DNA of 64,000 nucleotides from contig NC_134030.1 of assembly GCF_964204645.1 (NCBI RefSeq), positions 21,164,210-21,228,209 of the forward strand, given 5' to 3'. The DNA is from Tubulanus polymorphus. Taxonomy: Eukaryota; Animalia; Nemertea. This document shows, one piece after another, positions 53,541 through 64,000 of the stretch. The notes beneath the pieces are model-generated. The model searched no databases. It had not been told where the DNA came from and was given only the letters and a program-made list of their open reading frames with translations. The translations under genes were made by a program, and so were the position numbers. Within the stretch, counting starts at the first letter, position 1; the number at the start of each line of letters is the position of its first letter.

Positions 53541-54054
53541 CAGGTTCTATCCAGATTAGCGTATGAAGGCATGACTCAGAATTGATGACTCAGCGATGTG
53601 AGAAATTTCTTGTAAACACCTTTCCTTAATAAGCTTGATGATAATTAGTGTCTTCTTTTCCCTGCAGGTGTCCTCTCGAGCTGTGGAATAGCCTGGATCT
53701 GCTAGACCCTGTGTTAATAACTACTCTCTATCTCCCAGACCCCTTTCTACAACAACAACAACAACAACAACAACATAATAAAACACAATAAAAACCGCCG
53801 CAAAACTCCAAAACATAGCATGGTGATGAAAATCAAAACCCTTCTATATCTGGAATGATACAAATCTACCGATTAGCCCGCCACACCCTGCAGGTCTCCT
53901 CAACATACCATACTGGTATCCTGATGAAAATGTCTTAAGATTCCTTTTTGGGAAATTCCGAATTCATTGCTAAGGGACGATTCCGGTTTCTGATGCAGGT
54001 ATTAATCTGCAACCGGGAACCAGACATTCAGCATTTATTGCTTAAAGTGTAGAC

Positions 54055-54742
54055 AATCAGCTTTAAAAATGTGTTGATAAAATGTGTAATTTCTGGTATC
54101 TGTAGTTCATTTTCACATAATTGTCTCAGGTGAAGTTCTGAACACATGTGAAGTGTGGACGATCAGTTTTTGAAAGTGTGCTGATAAAATGTCTAATATC
54201 TGATGTTTTTAGTTCATTTTCAATTAGAAATGTCTCAGGTGAAGCACTGAACACATGTGAAGTGTGGACGATCAGTTTTTGAAAGTGTACTGATAAAATG
54301 TCTGATATCTGGTGTTTGTAGTTCATTTTCAATTAGAAATGTCTCAGGTGAAGCACTGAACACATGTGAAGTGTGGATGATCAGTTTTTGAAAGTGTGCT
54401 GATAAAATGTCTAATATCTGATGTTTTTAGTTCATTTTCAATTAGAAATGTCTCAGGTGAAGCACTGAACACATGTGAAGTGTGGATGATCAGTTTTTGA
54501 AAGTGTGCTGATAAAATGTCTAATATCTGATGTTTTTAGTTCATTTTCAATTAGAAATGTCTCAGGTGAAGCACTGAACACATGTGAAGTGTGGATGATC
54601 AGTTTTTGAAAGTGTGCTGATAAAATGTCTAATATCTGATGTTTTTAGTTCATTTTCAATTAGAAATGTCTCATGTGAAGCACTGAACACATGTGAAGTG
54701 TGGACGATCAGTTTTTGAAAGTGATAAAATGTCTGATATCTG
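54055..54742 (+). repeat. 109-bp satellite, ~6 units
   Basis: Same unit. Confidence 0.93.
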
Positions 54743-54962
54743 TCCTCAGATTAATACCTGCATTAAATTATTCGATATTCTTCTGAATCATCAAAGTCTA
54801 TAAATCAAATGGATATGAATTTGGAATTGAGAGTCCTATCCCCTCGATGCCTGACCCCCACTCACCCCCCTTTTCCCATTGGGTTGATATATAAGTTATA
54901 TATGTTCAATTAAAACCAGCATCCATTGTGTTTTAATTTTTACCGGTTACGAATGATATTGA

Positions 54963-55038
<76 letters not shown>

Positions 55039-55045
55039 GTTATTA
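54963..55045. repeat. (ATT)n microsatellite
   Basis: Direct observation. Confidence 0.95.
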
Positions 55046-55184
55046 TCACGCTGTATACTCCGTTCCAAAACTAAAAACTAATGACCTATGTATAATCACG
55101 TGATAACATAAGATATACCGATTGTTGCAAAAAAAGTAAAGGCAAAAAATTCTTCTTAAAGATCAAGAGAGAGGGAGAGGTTTG

Positions 55185-55770
55185 AATTGATGATGTCATT
55201 AAGGTGAATTATAGGGGCAGCCACATTTTCTGATTATATAGATCAATGCCCTAGTAGTCAATTTGATTTGATGATGTCATACGGTGCTTTTTGTTCCATG
55301 AAAAATCTTTATAGCGGACAGGGAAGCCTTGAATTGATGATGTCATAGGGAGATGCATGGAGGTAGCCATCTTTCCATATGTGTGTGTAAAGCCACGGGT
55401 CATCTTATCGTGTGAATGCTAAATGCTTCCAGAAGTGGTTTATGACATCATAGGGGGATGCATGGAGGCAGCCATCTTTTCCAGAAGTGTCAAAAGATCA
55501 AATCGCGACTAGACAATTTGATATCATAGGGGCATTAATGGAGGCAGCTATCTTTTGTAGAAGTGCCTGTAGATCAAATCACTAGTAGGTAATTGATGTC
55601 ATAGGGGGATTTATGGAGGCAGTTTACTTCATTATCACTAGTAGACAATTTTATAATGTCGTGGGGTGATCTACTGACAACCATCTTTTATTAGAAGCAA
55701 ACATCTTTTCTTAGAAGAGTCTTTAGAAAAAAAATCACTGTTTGGCAATTTGATGATGTCATAGGGGGAT
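55185..55770 (+). repeat. Degenerate ~76-bp repeat (TGATGTCATAGGGGGAT...GGCAGCCATCTTTT); inverted copy at 62620-62915
   Basis: Recurring TGATGTCATAGGGG here and ATCCCCCTATGACATCA at ~62710. Confidence 0.75.
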
Positions 55771-56832
55771 CATCGTTTTGGATATTAATGCCCCTCCTCG
55801 ACCTCCTCCTCTCTCTCTCTCTGTCATGGACGCGGAAAATGAAAATTCTCATCCTACTCCGAATGGCCTGCTTCTATCTCTAACCACATCACAATCCCCT
55901 GCAAGCAACAATTTGACTTTGGAAATATTTACTCGAAAATCGAATCTTTGAATTCGTAGATTATTCTTAATAATGTTTGAATCAAATTTTGATATTTTGA
56001 CTACATAGGCCAGTAGGTGGCGCCATTTTATGGGTTTGGTTAATTTCTCATGTGAGAGGAAAAACCAGTTTAAGGTGAAATCTTTAAGGAAAAAACCAAA
56101 ATGATATTGGAATTAAACTTATGTAATGGTAAAGCACTGTTTAGCTCGATAATATAGGGGAAAACCCGGATAATGTGAAACAGAATAAAATTAAATCATT
56201 GTGAAACCTAGTCCAAAAGTGTGACGCAAGGAAAAGCCTAGTTTGCATTAAACAATGGAGAATTTAAAGGGACAAAAGTGGGATCTAAATTATGGGAAAA
56301 ACTTCTTTTTAAATCGGGGCAAAAAACCATGTTAAAAGCGAAACCAAAAAGTAGGAAAATCCCGATTAAACCTATATATCCCATATCCCTGCTTCTAATC
56401 TGGGGTAAGTAAGTATTGTGGTGTTAATGAGAAAAGAGAATATAGATCATGAGATTTGAGCTACTATACTTAAAAGAAATATTCATCAAAAATTAAAACA
56501 TTACCTGCCACCCCTATTATGTTCAATGCCAATGTCTCGTACCCGTCGCCCCCCGTAAAGATTTTAGTTTCATCCATTTTCCCGCTGGCATACTTTAATT
56601 TTTCTACATTTTGAATATTCGATAAATAGAAGGGTTCATGAAAGGGCCTGTCGTTTTTAGAAAGAGGACCCCTTTGAATGTGTAAAGAACAACCTTTTGA
56701 TGATAGAAAGCTTTCAGCGCAGACCTTGTTCTTACGGAAATTATTTCATTTGATAAGCTGTTGGAGACTTTAGATCAGACCAGTCTATGCTCATTTTGGT
56801 TTGAAGGCTTAGACAGGTCTCGAGAAGTTTCA

Positions 56833-57340
56833 ATCCTCTCAGTGCATCTACACTTCAGTGCAGTGTATTAATCGGTGATGACTTTGTTAGTACAGCGCAT
56901 CGCATCGCGGTGTATTGGTGTTATTAGCAATTTCATCTATTGAAAGCTGACAGCACCTGTCAAACATAGTGAAATATCAGTAACCAATGATACGCCGCAC
57001 CATGGTGTAGACACACTTAACCCTTTCAGTTCGTCTACACCGCAGTGCGGTGTTGAATCGGCGATGGATTTTGCTAGTACACTGCACTATTGATGATATC
57101 AGTAATTAGTAATTATCTCTTGAAAGATGGCAGCACCTGTCAAACATAGTGAAATATAAGTAACTAACGATACACCGCGCCGCGGTGTAGACGCACTATA
57201 GTGGTATTCCTGTTATTCACTAGTCAGCACTGAAAGGATTAAGTGGTATTACCGTTGTACAACACAATGGGATGAATTTTTTTTAGAATTCTAAATTATC
57301 TCCTGCACTTTTGGGTATTAAGCAGTCAGCACTGAAAGGG
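56833..57340. mobile_element. Nested piggyBac-like MITEs (inner copy 57021-57238 inside an older copy)
   Basis: Inner element flanked by TTAA at 57017-57020 and 57239-57242. The outer element resumes after it and ends ACTGAAAGGG|TTAA. Confidence 0.82.
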
Positions 57341-57622
57341 TTAAGCCAATTTTGCGACTTCGCATAAGTATATGCAAAGCCTGAGGTTGAGATTCCGTTA
57401 TAACGAGGTGCGATGAAAGCCTCAATCATCATTCACGTTTTTCATTATTGACCGCGTATTTTCAGTTTCAGACGAGACGCAAGCAGCTTTTTAGAGTATG
57501 TTCGATTTTCATTTTGTGTTTCAGCCGGCGCGTCGCCACCAGAGGTCGCCGCTTGCCACTAGGCCTCTTGTACTTCTATCTTCCTCACATTCATGACCTT
57601 TGACCTTCCTTTATTCCTACAG

Positions 57623-57748
57623 TCCCCTCCTAAGGGTGCGACCATCCCATACCGTCCAAAACCCCCAATGCCGCCGGTCATCTTCGCAGGGGGCCAAGCA
57701 TACGCCGTTCAAAGCCCGTTCGCGACAGTCCCCCATCAAGCGACTGAG
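57623..57748 (+). CDS. PCBP3: PCBP coding exon 7 (SPPKGATIPYRPKPPMPPVIFAGGQAYAVQSPFATVPHQATE)
   Basis: cctacag| ... GAG|gtgagt, 126 nt. SPPKGATIPYRPKP...VIFAGGQAY is the conserved PCBP linker. Confidence 0.96.
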
Positions 57749-57866
57749 GTGAGTGTGAATTTTTTAATCGGTTCTGAAATTAGAATTCGTTGTTTTTTTT
57801 TTTTCGTCACAAAATCCATCGCCGCCGACACTATCCCGAAGTGAATTTCAGTTTTCATCTATACGT

Positions 57867-58154
57867 CCGCGATCACACGATCGTTTTTCACCTAGACTGC
57901 CGCCAAATGGGTCCATGCCTGTTCGACAATAGCCTCATTAGAAACATCGGACCCGGGCCCGTGCAAAATTAAAGCACGGGTCATCTTATCGTGTGAATGC
58001 TAAATGCTTCCAGAAGTGGTTCACCTCACTTGCTACAGGATCATTTTGATAGCATATCAGTACTGAGTGAGTGATTTACCTGTAAATTAAGTACAGGCCA
58101 AATAGACTCGGGTCTGGTTTGGCCCCGGGCCGAATCGTATCCGTGTGATCGCGG
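57867..58154. mobile_element. ~290-bp MITE with CCGCGATCACACG TIRs (related remnant at ~4945-5220)
   Basis: CCGCGATCACACGAT...ATCCGTGTGATCGCGG, with internal GGCCCGGGCC motifs shared with 4945-5220. Confidence 0.65.
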
Positions 58155-58677
58155 TTTATGTCATAGTGGTCAAACTTCGTGTGTAACTTGCTAGGCCACC
58201 AGTCTTAAGATAAGCGCGGCCTAAGCTACTTAAGTCATGACATCGCAATTGGGGCCAGGTCTTAAGATCTAAGCTGAGATTTGAATCTAATTAGTCTCCG
58301 GTCGGGATTTAAACTTGCAGAGCTGATTGTGGTCTCATAAGGCAGTTTTAAGATGACTTATTGGGACTTGACTTCATACTTAACGTGGTCCTAATTTGGA
58401 AACCCATGACCTCTAAGTTATGTCACGCTTATTTCACATTGAACATCATACTACACCTTTTGTGACGAGTCCACCGGAAGAATATTTGTCGTAATTAACA
58501 AATTCTCTGTTAATTGATGTCTTAATTACTAACAGAATGATTCAATGTGCATGCACTGGTAACGAGACGATCCTCAATGGGGGAATTATCAAAAGGGCAT
58601 CGGTTTGTGGTTTTCGATATCCACGACCCAGGGGCACCATAGTTGTCTTATAGATCACCCATAATTTCGACTATTAA

Positions 58678-58898
58678 CCCTTCCAGTGCGGTGTATGAAT
58701 TGGTGTTTGACTTGGCTGATACACCGCATCGTGGTGTATTGATTAGTTGTTTTCTGTAAAAAAATGAAATATTAGTAACTAATGATACACTGCACCGTGG
58801 TGTATAGACACACTTAAGTGGTGCGCCAGTTATTCAACACACTGGAGAATTTTTATCTGCTGCAATTTTGGGTATTTATCAGTCAGCACTGAAAGGGG
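58678..58898. mobile_element. Diverged piggyBac-like MITE family C copy (further fragments ~43793-43860 and ~63060-63290)
   Basis: TTAACCCTTCCAGTGC...CAGCACTGAAAGGGGTAA. Confidence 0.72.
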
Positions 58899-59066
58899 TA
58901 AGGTCTATCAAACCACACAGCTCTCTTACTGGGTCACTACGGAACTTGGTCAACCAGATTTTAAAAGCATGACACAAAACGTGAATTAGATAAACTTGGT
59001 TGTTGAGGATTTTCGCAAATGTTTAATTCATATTCAAGACAGTTTCACACCACTTTTTCACGATAA

Positions 59067-59189
59067 GGGTCAGTTGCTTGGTAGTTATTTCTAAGATAAC
59101 CACCGATAACTAATGATAACTAATTTTCAGATGGCGCTGTTAACATGTCAGTATAGTTATTGGACAAAAAACTTTTCAGCAACTGACCC
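59067..59189. mobile_element. ~123-bp Harbinger-like MITE
   Basis: TIRs GGGTCAGTTGCT...AGCAACTGACCC. Confidence 0.55.
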
Positions 59190-59660
59190 TGGAACTGTTG
59201 TTATATCAGGATTCAGGATTGATGCATTTTCCAGTTCAATGTAGTGCAAATCCTGGGGCTAGGTTTAATTTTGTGACCCTGTGATTTCCGTTAATCAATA
59301 TGAACCCGGCTTTTGATTTTTGAAATGAACGAATATTCATGTTTTACCTCAATGTTATCATGTATATAAGCTAATGTATGTCTACGGTAGTCTGAAATAT
59401 CTTAGAGTTAGCGGGAATTCGAACCTGATGGCATAGTGACACTCTGCCACGTTCCTCCCTTGGAGGGATTCAAACATGGTGGCATCATCACGATTGATGA
59501 AACACGATATCCGTGTTGAAGTGATGTAGAGAGAATCCCACAATGATAACGACAAAAACAGTCCCAAAATATAACTGAAGCTAGTGTAGTTTATTCAACG
59601 TTTTGACTATATCCTAATAGTCATCTTCAGGAATACTGTATTCCTTAAGCTAGTGTAGTT

Positions 59661-59704
59661 TATTCAACGTTTCGACTATATCCTAATAGTCATCTTCAGG
59701 AATT
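59661..59704 (-). ncRNA. Minimal type-I hammerhead ribozyme motif (antisense copy)
   Basis: The minus strand reads ATTC-CTGAAGA-T-GACTAT-taggat-ATAGTC-GAAACGTT-GAAT with an intact core. Confidence 0.68.
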
Positions 59705-59771
59705 TTGCTGAAGATGACTATTAGGATATAGTCGAAACATTGAATAAACTACACTAGCTCAAGGAATACAG

Positions 59772-59815
59772 TATTCCTGAAGATGACTATTAGGATATAG
59801 TCGAAACGTTGAATA
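59772..59815 (+). ncRNA. Minimal type-I hammerhead ribozyme motif
   Basis: Stem I TATTC/GAATA; core CTGAAGA at 59777; stem II GACTAT-taggat-ATAGTC; GAAA; palindromic ACGT stem III; cleavage triplet GUU (cut after 59810). Confidence 0.75.
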
Positions 59816-60140
59816 AACTACTAGCTTCAGTTACATTTTCGGACTGGTTTTTCCTTATCATTGTGGCATTCTCTCTAGATGACATCACGAGACTCTGCCA
59901 CGTTCCTCCCGCGCAGGGATTCGAACCTGATGACATCGCGAGACTCTGCCACTTTCAGAGCTTTGAACATGACGGCATCAGGAGACTGCTCCATTAAGAA
60001 AGAATGGATCCACTGTTTACTCTAGGGTATAGATACTAGTATAGACATACACACTCTCTCCAGTCTATTCTATATAATCTCAATGTTGTCGTTCATATTT
60101 TTAAATGTTTAGTTGAGCCCTGCTTGTTTGTACTATATAG

Positions 60141-60218
60141 GAACCTAATGCATACACTGCTATACCGTCGCCACCTATTGATGCCGGTGCTTCTACTGCC
60201 GCTATTTATGGTTACCAG
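60141..60218 (+). CDS. Candidate PCBP cassette exon (EPNAYTAIPSPPIDAGASTAAIYGYQ)
   Basis: atatag|GAA...CAG|gttagt, 78 nt, open, phase 0-0, compatible with both neighbours. No recognisable homology. Confidence 0.55.
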
Positions 60219-60313
60219 GTTAGTACACGATCTATCCTCGAGTTTAGTCTGTTTTGTTCGCTTCATAGCATAACTACTTAGTTCAGCCATTTTGATTTGC
60301 TTAATTAACTTAT

Positions 60314-60916
60314 GGGGTAGAATTTTACCGGTCTCAACTTTACCGCAGTAAGAGACAGAGTCTACTGTATTTCACAAACTCTTACTCAGTATTTGACTCC
60401 AACTCGGGGTAGAATTTTACCGGTCTCAACTTTACCGCAGTAAGGGACAGAGTCTACTGTATTTCACAAACTCTTATTCAGTATTTGACTCCAACTCGGG
60501 GTAGAATTTTACCGGTCTCAACTTTACCGCAGTAAGAGACAGAGTCTACTGTATTTCACTAACTCTTACTCGGTATTTGACACCAACTCGGGGTAGAATT
60601 TTACCAGTCTCAACTTTACCGCAGTAAGAGACAGATTCTACTGTATTTCACAAACTCTTACTCAGTATTTGACACCAACTCGAGGTAGAAATTTACCGGT
60701 CTCAACTTTACCGCAGTAAGAGACGGAGTCTACTGTATTTCACAAACTCTTACTCAGTATTTGACACCAACTCGGGGTAGAATTTTACCGGTCTCAGCTT
60801 TACCGCAGTAAGAGACAGAGTCTACTGTATTTCACAAACTCTTACTCAGTATTTGACACCAACTCGGGGCAGAATTTTACCGGTCTTAACTTTACCGCAG
60901 TAAGAGACAGAGTCTA
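60314..60916 (+). repeat. 92-bp satellite, ~6.5 units
   Basis: GGGGTAGAATTTTACCGG at 60314, 60406, 60498, ... Confidence 0.93.
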
Positions 60917-61176
60917 TGTTGCATGATTTATTTTCTTCAAAATGTTATTTGCATCTCATCCAAATAATTGTTTCATTCCCTTGTATGTTAATCCATTTAT
61001 TTCAAATAACTGAATTGGAAATTTTGATGACGCTATTTGCATGAATTTCACTAGAAAAAGTTCCTTCTCAATTACTTTAACTCTACAGTCAAAATCAGTT
61101 CATTTTCAATTACTTTAGTCAAAATCAGTTCATTTTCAATTACACTTATCTGAAAGAATGTTTTACTATTTTGTAG

Positions 61177-61261
61177 CAAGTGGCAAAACTACAGCAGTTA
61201 GCTATGAACCATGGCAGTCTACCATATCTTCCAACGGGCCAGGCCATTCTTCCAGGGGCAT
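61177..61261 (+). CDS. PCBP3: PCBP linker exon (QVAKLQQLAMNHGSLPYLPTGQAILPGA + 1 nt)
   Basis: ttttgtag|CAA...GCAT|gtaagt, 85 nt, phase 0-1. Homologous to vertebrate QLTKLHQLAMQQ. Confidence 0.88.
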
Positions 61262-61542
61262 GTAAGTATATGTAGGGACTGACTGCCCGAATTATATATA
61301 TATATAAACATACACGTGAAAATTGACCACCGTTATGATTTTGATGATGATTGACGTTATTGAATTGAATTGCTTTGGTTCGGTATTTCGAGCAATTTTT
61401 CACCGCTCGACGCTTTTTCGCCGGGAGGCGTACGATCTTAAATTTCGATATAATCCTCAGCTTCCTGAACCCAGTTCCACAGTTGTGGAGAAAAGAGTTA
61501 AATTTGAGTTGTAAGATTATCTTATTCGGGCTTTATAGTCTG

Positions 61543-61639
61543 GACTCAGTTCCACAGTTGCGAGTTAGAGTTAAACTTAGTTCATTTTCAATGAGTTAAC
61601 TCGGAGTTTAATCTTAACTCAGAACTGTGGAACTGGACC
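61543..61639. mobile_element. Harbinger-like MITE family B copy
   Basis: Same TIRs and core as 29076-29171, inverted. Flanks CTG/CAG. Confidence 0.78.
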
Positions 61640-61873
61640 CAGACTTCTAATTCTAACCCAAGGAACTGGGAACAGGCTTTGAATACTAATGATAGCGTTT
61701 GTATCTGGAGTTCAGTTTCACTAAAACAGGAAAATCAAGAATTGGACAAATTTTACTAAAAACCTGGAAAACTCAGGGAATTTCGGATAAAGCTATTGAC
61801 CGCGTGTTTCTTTATCAATACGTGATTCAACGAAAAATGATTGAATTGTAACATTTTCAATGCAGTAGCAGTT

Positions 61874-62354
61874 ATTACCACCAGGTGGTGTTGCGATTTT
61901 AAATCAATTTCACGTTGATTGTCAACTTACGATTGTGGATTTCTAAACTCGCATATGATCTCAAATGATCATCAAAAAAGAATTATGCTCTTGGTATTTC
62001 GTATAGTTTTCATTGATAATTGATTTACTCGAAAAAAAAGAAAATTTGATTCGATTTTAATTGAAATCTAGAAGAAATTGAGAAGTTACTACTAGCGACA
62101 CCTAGTGGAGCCTTACTTGCCATAAGTGGAATCCTCTATTGCCGCAGTAGTCGATGTCCTACTGCGCACTAGCGACACCTGGTGGATCCTCACTTGCCAC
62201 AAGGGGAATCCTCTGTTGCCGCAGTAGTTGATGTCCTACTGCACACTAGCAACACCTGGTGGATCCTCACTTGCCTCAAGTGGAATCCTCTATTACCGCA
62301 GTAGTCGATGTCCTACTGCACACTAGCAGCACCTAGTGGATCCTCACTAGCCAC
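61874..62354 (+). mobile_element. Family D copy (~3.4 satellite units)
   Basis: Same core plus 77-bp units. Confidence 0.75.
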
Positions 62355-62478
62355 ATTACTCATTGCTGAAAGTTTAGGTGGAAATCAAATCTTTTTCGTG
62401 AAACTGAATCTTGGATCTGAGATTTTTAATTTTTGATCATCCGCATTTTTTTGGTGAACGGCTTGGCTTTATTTACAG

Positions 62479-62544
62479 ATACAGGATCTCATGGGTTGAC
62501 CTTGAACAAGGCTCCACAGCTCAGCGACGCTGGCACCATACAAT
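62479..62544 (+). CDS. Candidate PCBP linker cassette exon ((Y)TGSHGLTLNKAPQLSDAGTIQ)
   Basis: tttatttacag|AT...CAAT|gtatgc, 66 nt, open in phase 1-1 as required by the preceding exon. Weak donor, no clear homology. Confidence 0.4.
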
Positions 62545-63433
62545 GTATGCATCTATTTCACTACTTAGCACAACATAAATGTTAAAAACAACAACAATGG
62601 TTAATTCAACAAGATGTCTACCTCCGTTGATTCCCCCTATGACGTCATGGTATTACTTATTAGTGATTTGATCTACGAACACTTCCAGAAAAGATGTCAG
62701 CTGCCATAAATCCCCCTATGACATCATCAAACTGTCCACCGCTGATTTGATCAGTAGATGCTTCCAAGAAAAGATTTCTGCCACCATAATTCCCCCTATG
62801 ACATCATCACATTGTCTACTTATGATTTGATCAATAAGCGCTTTTAGTAAAGAAATCTATATCCATAAATCCAATAATGACATCATCCAATTGACCATTA
62901 ATGATTTGATCTAAATTGACACTTCTGAATGATTGAATTGACCCTTGTAAAAAAACTAGATGAAGGTTTAGGCAGATTTATTAAGCATGGTTTGAATGAT
63001 CACACGCAAAGCCAATATCCCTGACCTTCACCTAGTTTAGCTCTTGCTTGTTGTGTTTGAGATAATTTGAAAATTTGTAAAAATTGTGCGTTGAATAATG
63101 GGCATATCAATTGAGTGTCTACACCGCGGTGCGGTGTATTGTTAGTTACTTATATTTCACCATGTTTGACAGGTGCTGCCATGTTAAAAAAAAAAAACAA
63201 AAAACTTATTGCTAAAAACATCAATACATCACGATGCGGTGTACTAGCAGAGTCCATCACTGATTTATACACCGCACTGCAATGTAGATGACAATGAATG
63301 TATTTATATCATGAATGTCGTGTTCTATGTTGTTAGACCGTCAGTCCGTAGGCAGTATTCCAGCTTTGTTGGAATCTGAAGGTATTTTGAATAAACATAT
63401 ACATACAAAAAATGGGCGATCTTTCTCGAAGTA

Positions 63434-63711
63434 CAGTGCTGCCAACCGGTCCTGATTTTCGGTATTCTGTTGCTATTTTATCTCAAGAAATACTGATCTA
63501 ATTATTTGTTCGGAAATATGAAAGATCTTACTGGGGGTCTTAACTCTCTTGATTACTGATTAATTTGAACAGAAATATGGAAGATGTCGCTTAGAGTCTT
63601 AACACCCTTGATTAATGATAAATTTGTAACGTTTTCTTTTATATTTTGGTGAAAGGTTCTTGAAAAATGCTATTTGTTACTGATAGCACTTTTCAGAGGT
63701 TGGCAGCCCTG
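63434..63711. mobile_element. ~280-bp hAT-like MITE
   Basis: TIRs CAGTGCTGCCAACC...GGTTGGCAGCCCTG. TSD not clearly preserved. Confidence 0.6.
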
Positions 63712-64000
63712 TAAATATATAATCAATATCTTTCCGTAGTAACTGCTGTAAAATCTGTTTCAGTAGGTCACAAACCAGTTCAGCAGTTTTAAGTGAAGAT
63801 TTGACTCGGGAGTTTTGACTCAATGAGAATGAACTACTGTCAACTCGATTCACATAGATTTAGTTCATTTTCCATTACTTCAAAGTCGAATGTTAACTCA
63901 GAACAGCTGTATAGACCTACTTGGTCCTTGGACTGGTTAAACGATACGTCACTTAACCTAGTAGTCACGTAGCTATAGGGATAGGCATGATTAGAAGTTA

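Larger units (their letters stand above)
59521..59888. mobile_element. Penelope-like retroelement terminal-repeat foldback (~180-bp inverted arms, 8-nt loop at 59700-59707)
   Basis: 59521-59699 is the near-perfect reverse complement of 59708-59888. Each arm has two 69-bp-period copies of CTGAAGATGACTATTAGGATATAGTCGAAACGTTGAATAAACTAC, a typical Penelope end motif. Confidence 0.75.

Noticed and set aside
62545-64000. KH3-encoding exons
   Set aside because: No ELTIPND/LIGCIIG-like sequence was found; the gene must continue beyond the window.

Overview
AT-rich animal (invertebrate-type) genomic DNA; the species cannot be determined from the sequence. The only recognisable protein-coding gene is a plus-strand poly(rC)-binding protein (PCBP/hnRNP E, Drosophila mub family). 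Its ATG exon is at 28257. Eight high-confidence coding exons and two candidate cassette exons run to about 62.5 kb and encode KH1, KH2 and the KH2-KH3 linker; KH3 lies beyond the window. The rest is intronic or upstream DNA in which CpG-rich unique blocks alternate with many short satellite arrays and non-autonomous DNA transposons (MITEs). The most notable observations are: (1) a ~370-bp foldback in a PCBP intron carrying four minimal type-I hammerhead ribozyme motifs of the Penelope type, two per strand; (2) several satellite families whose units can be traced within the window to specific parts of intact MITEs, including an array made of transposon end plus target site; (3) a 77-bp satellite carrying CTCF-like motifs; (4) a minisatellite grown out of a splice donor; (5) a candidate poison or terminal exon and a candidate recursive splice site. 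Long ORFs in the supplied track are repeat artefacts. No transposase, CRISPR array, rRNA or intact tRNA gene was found.
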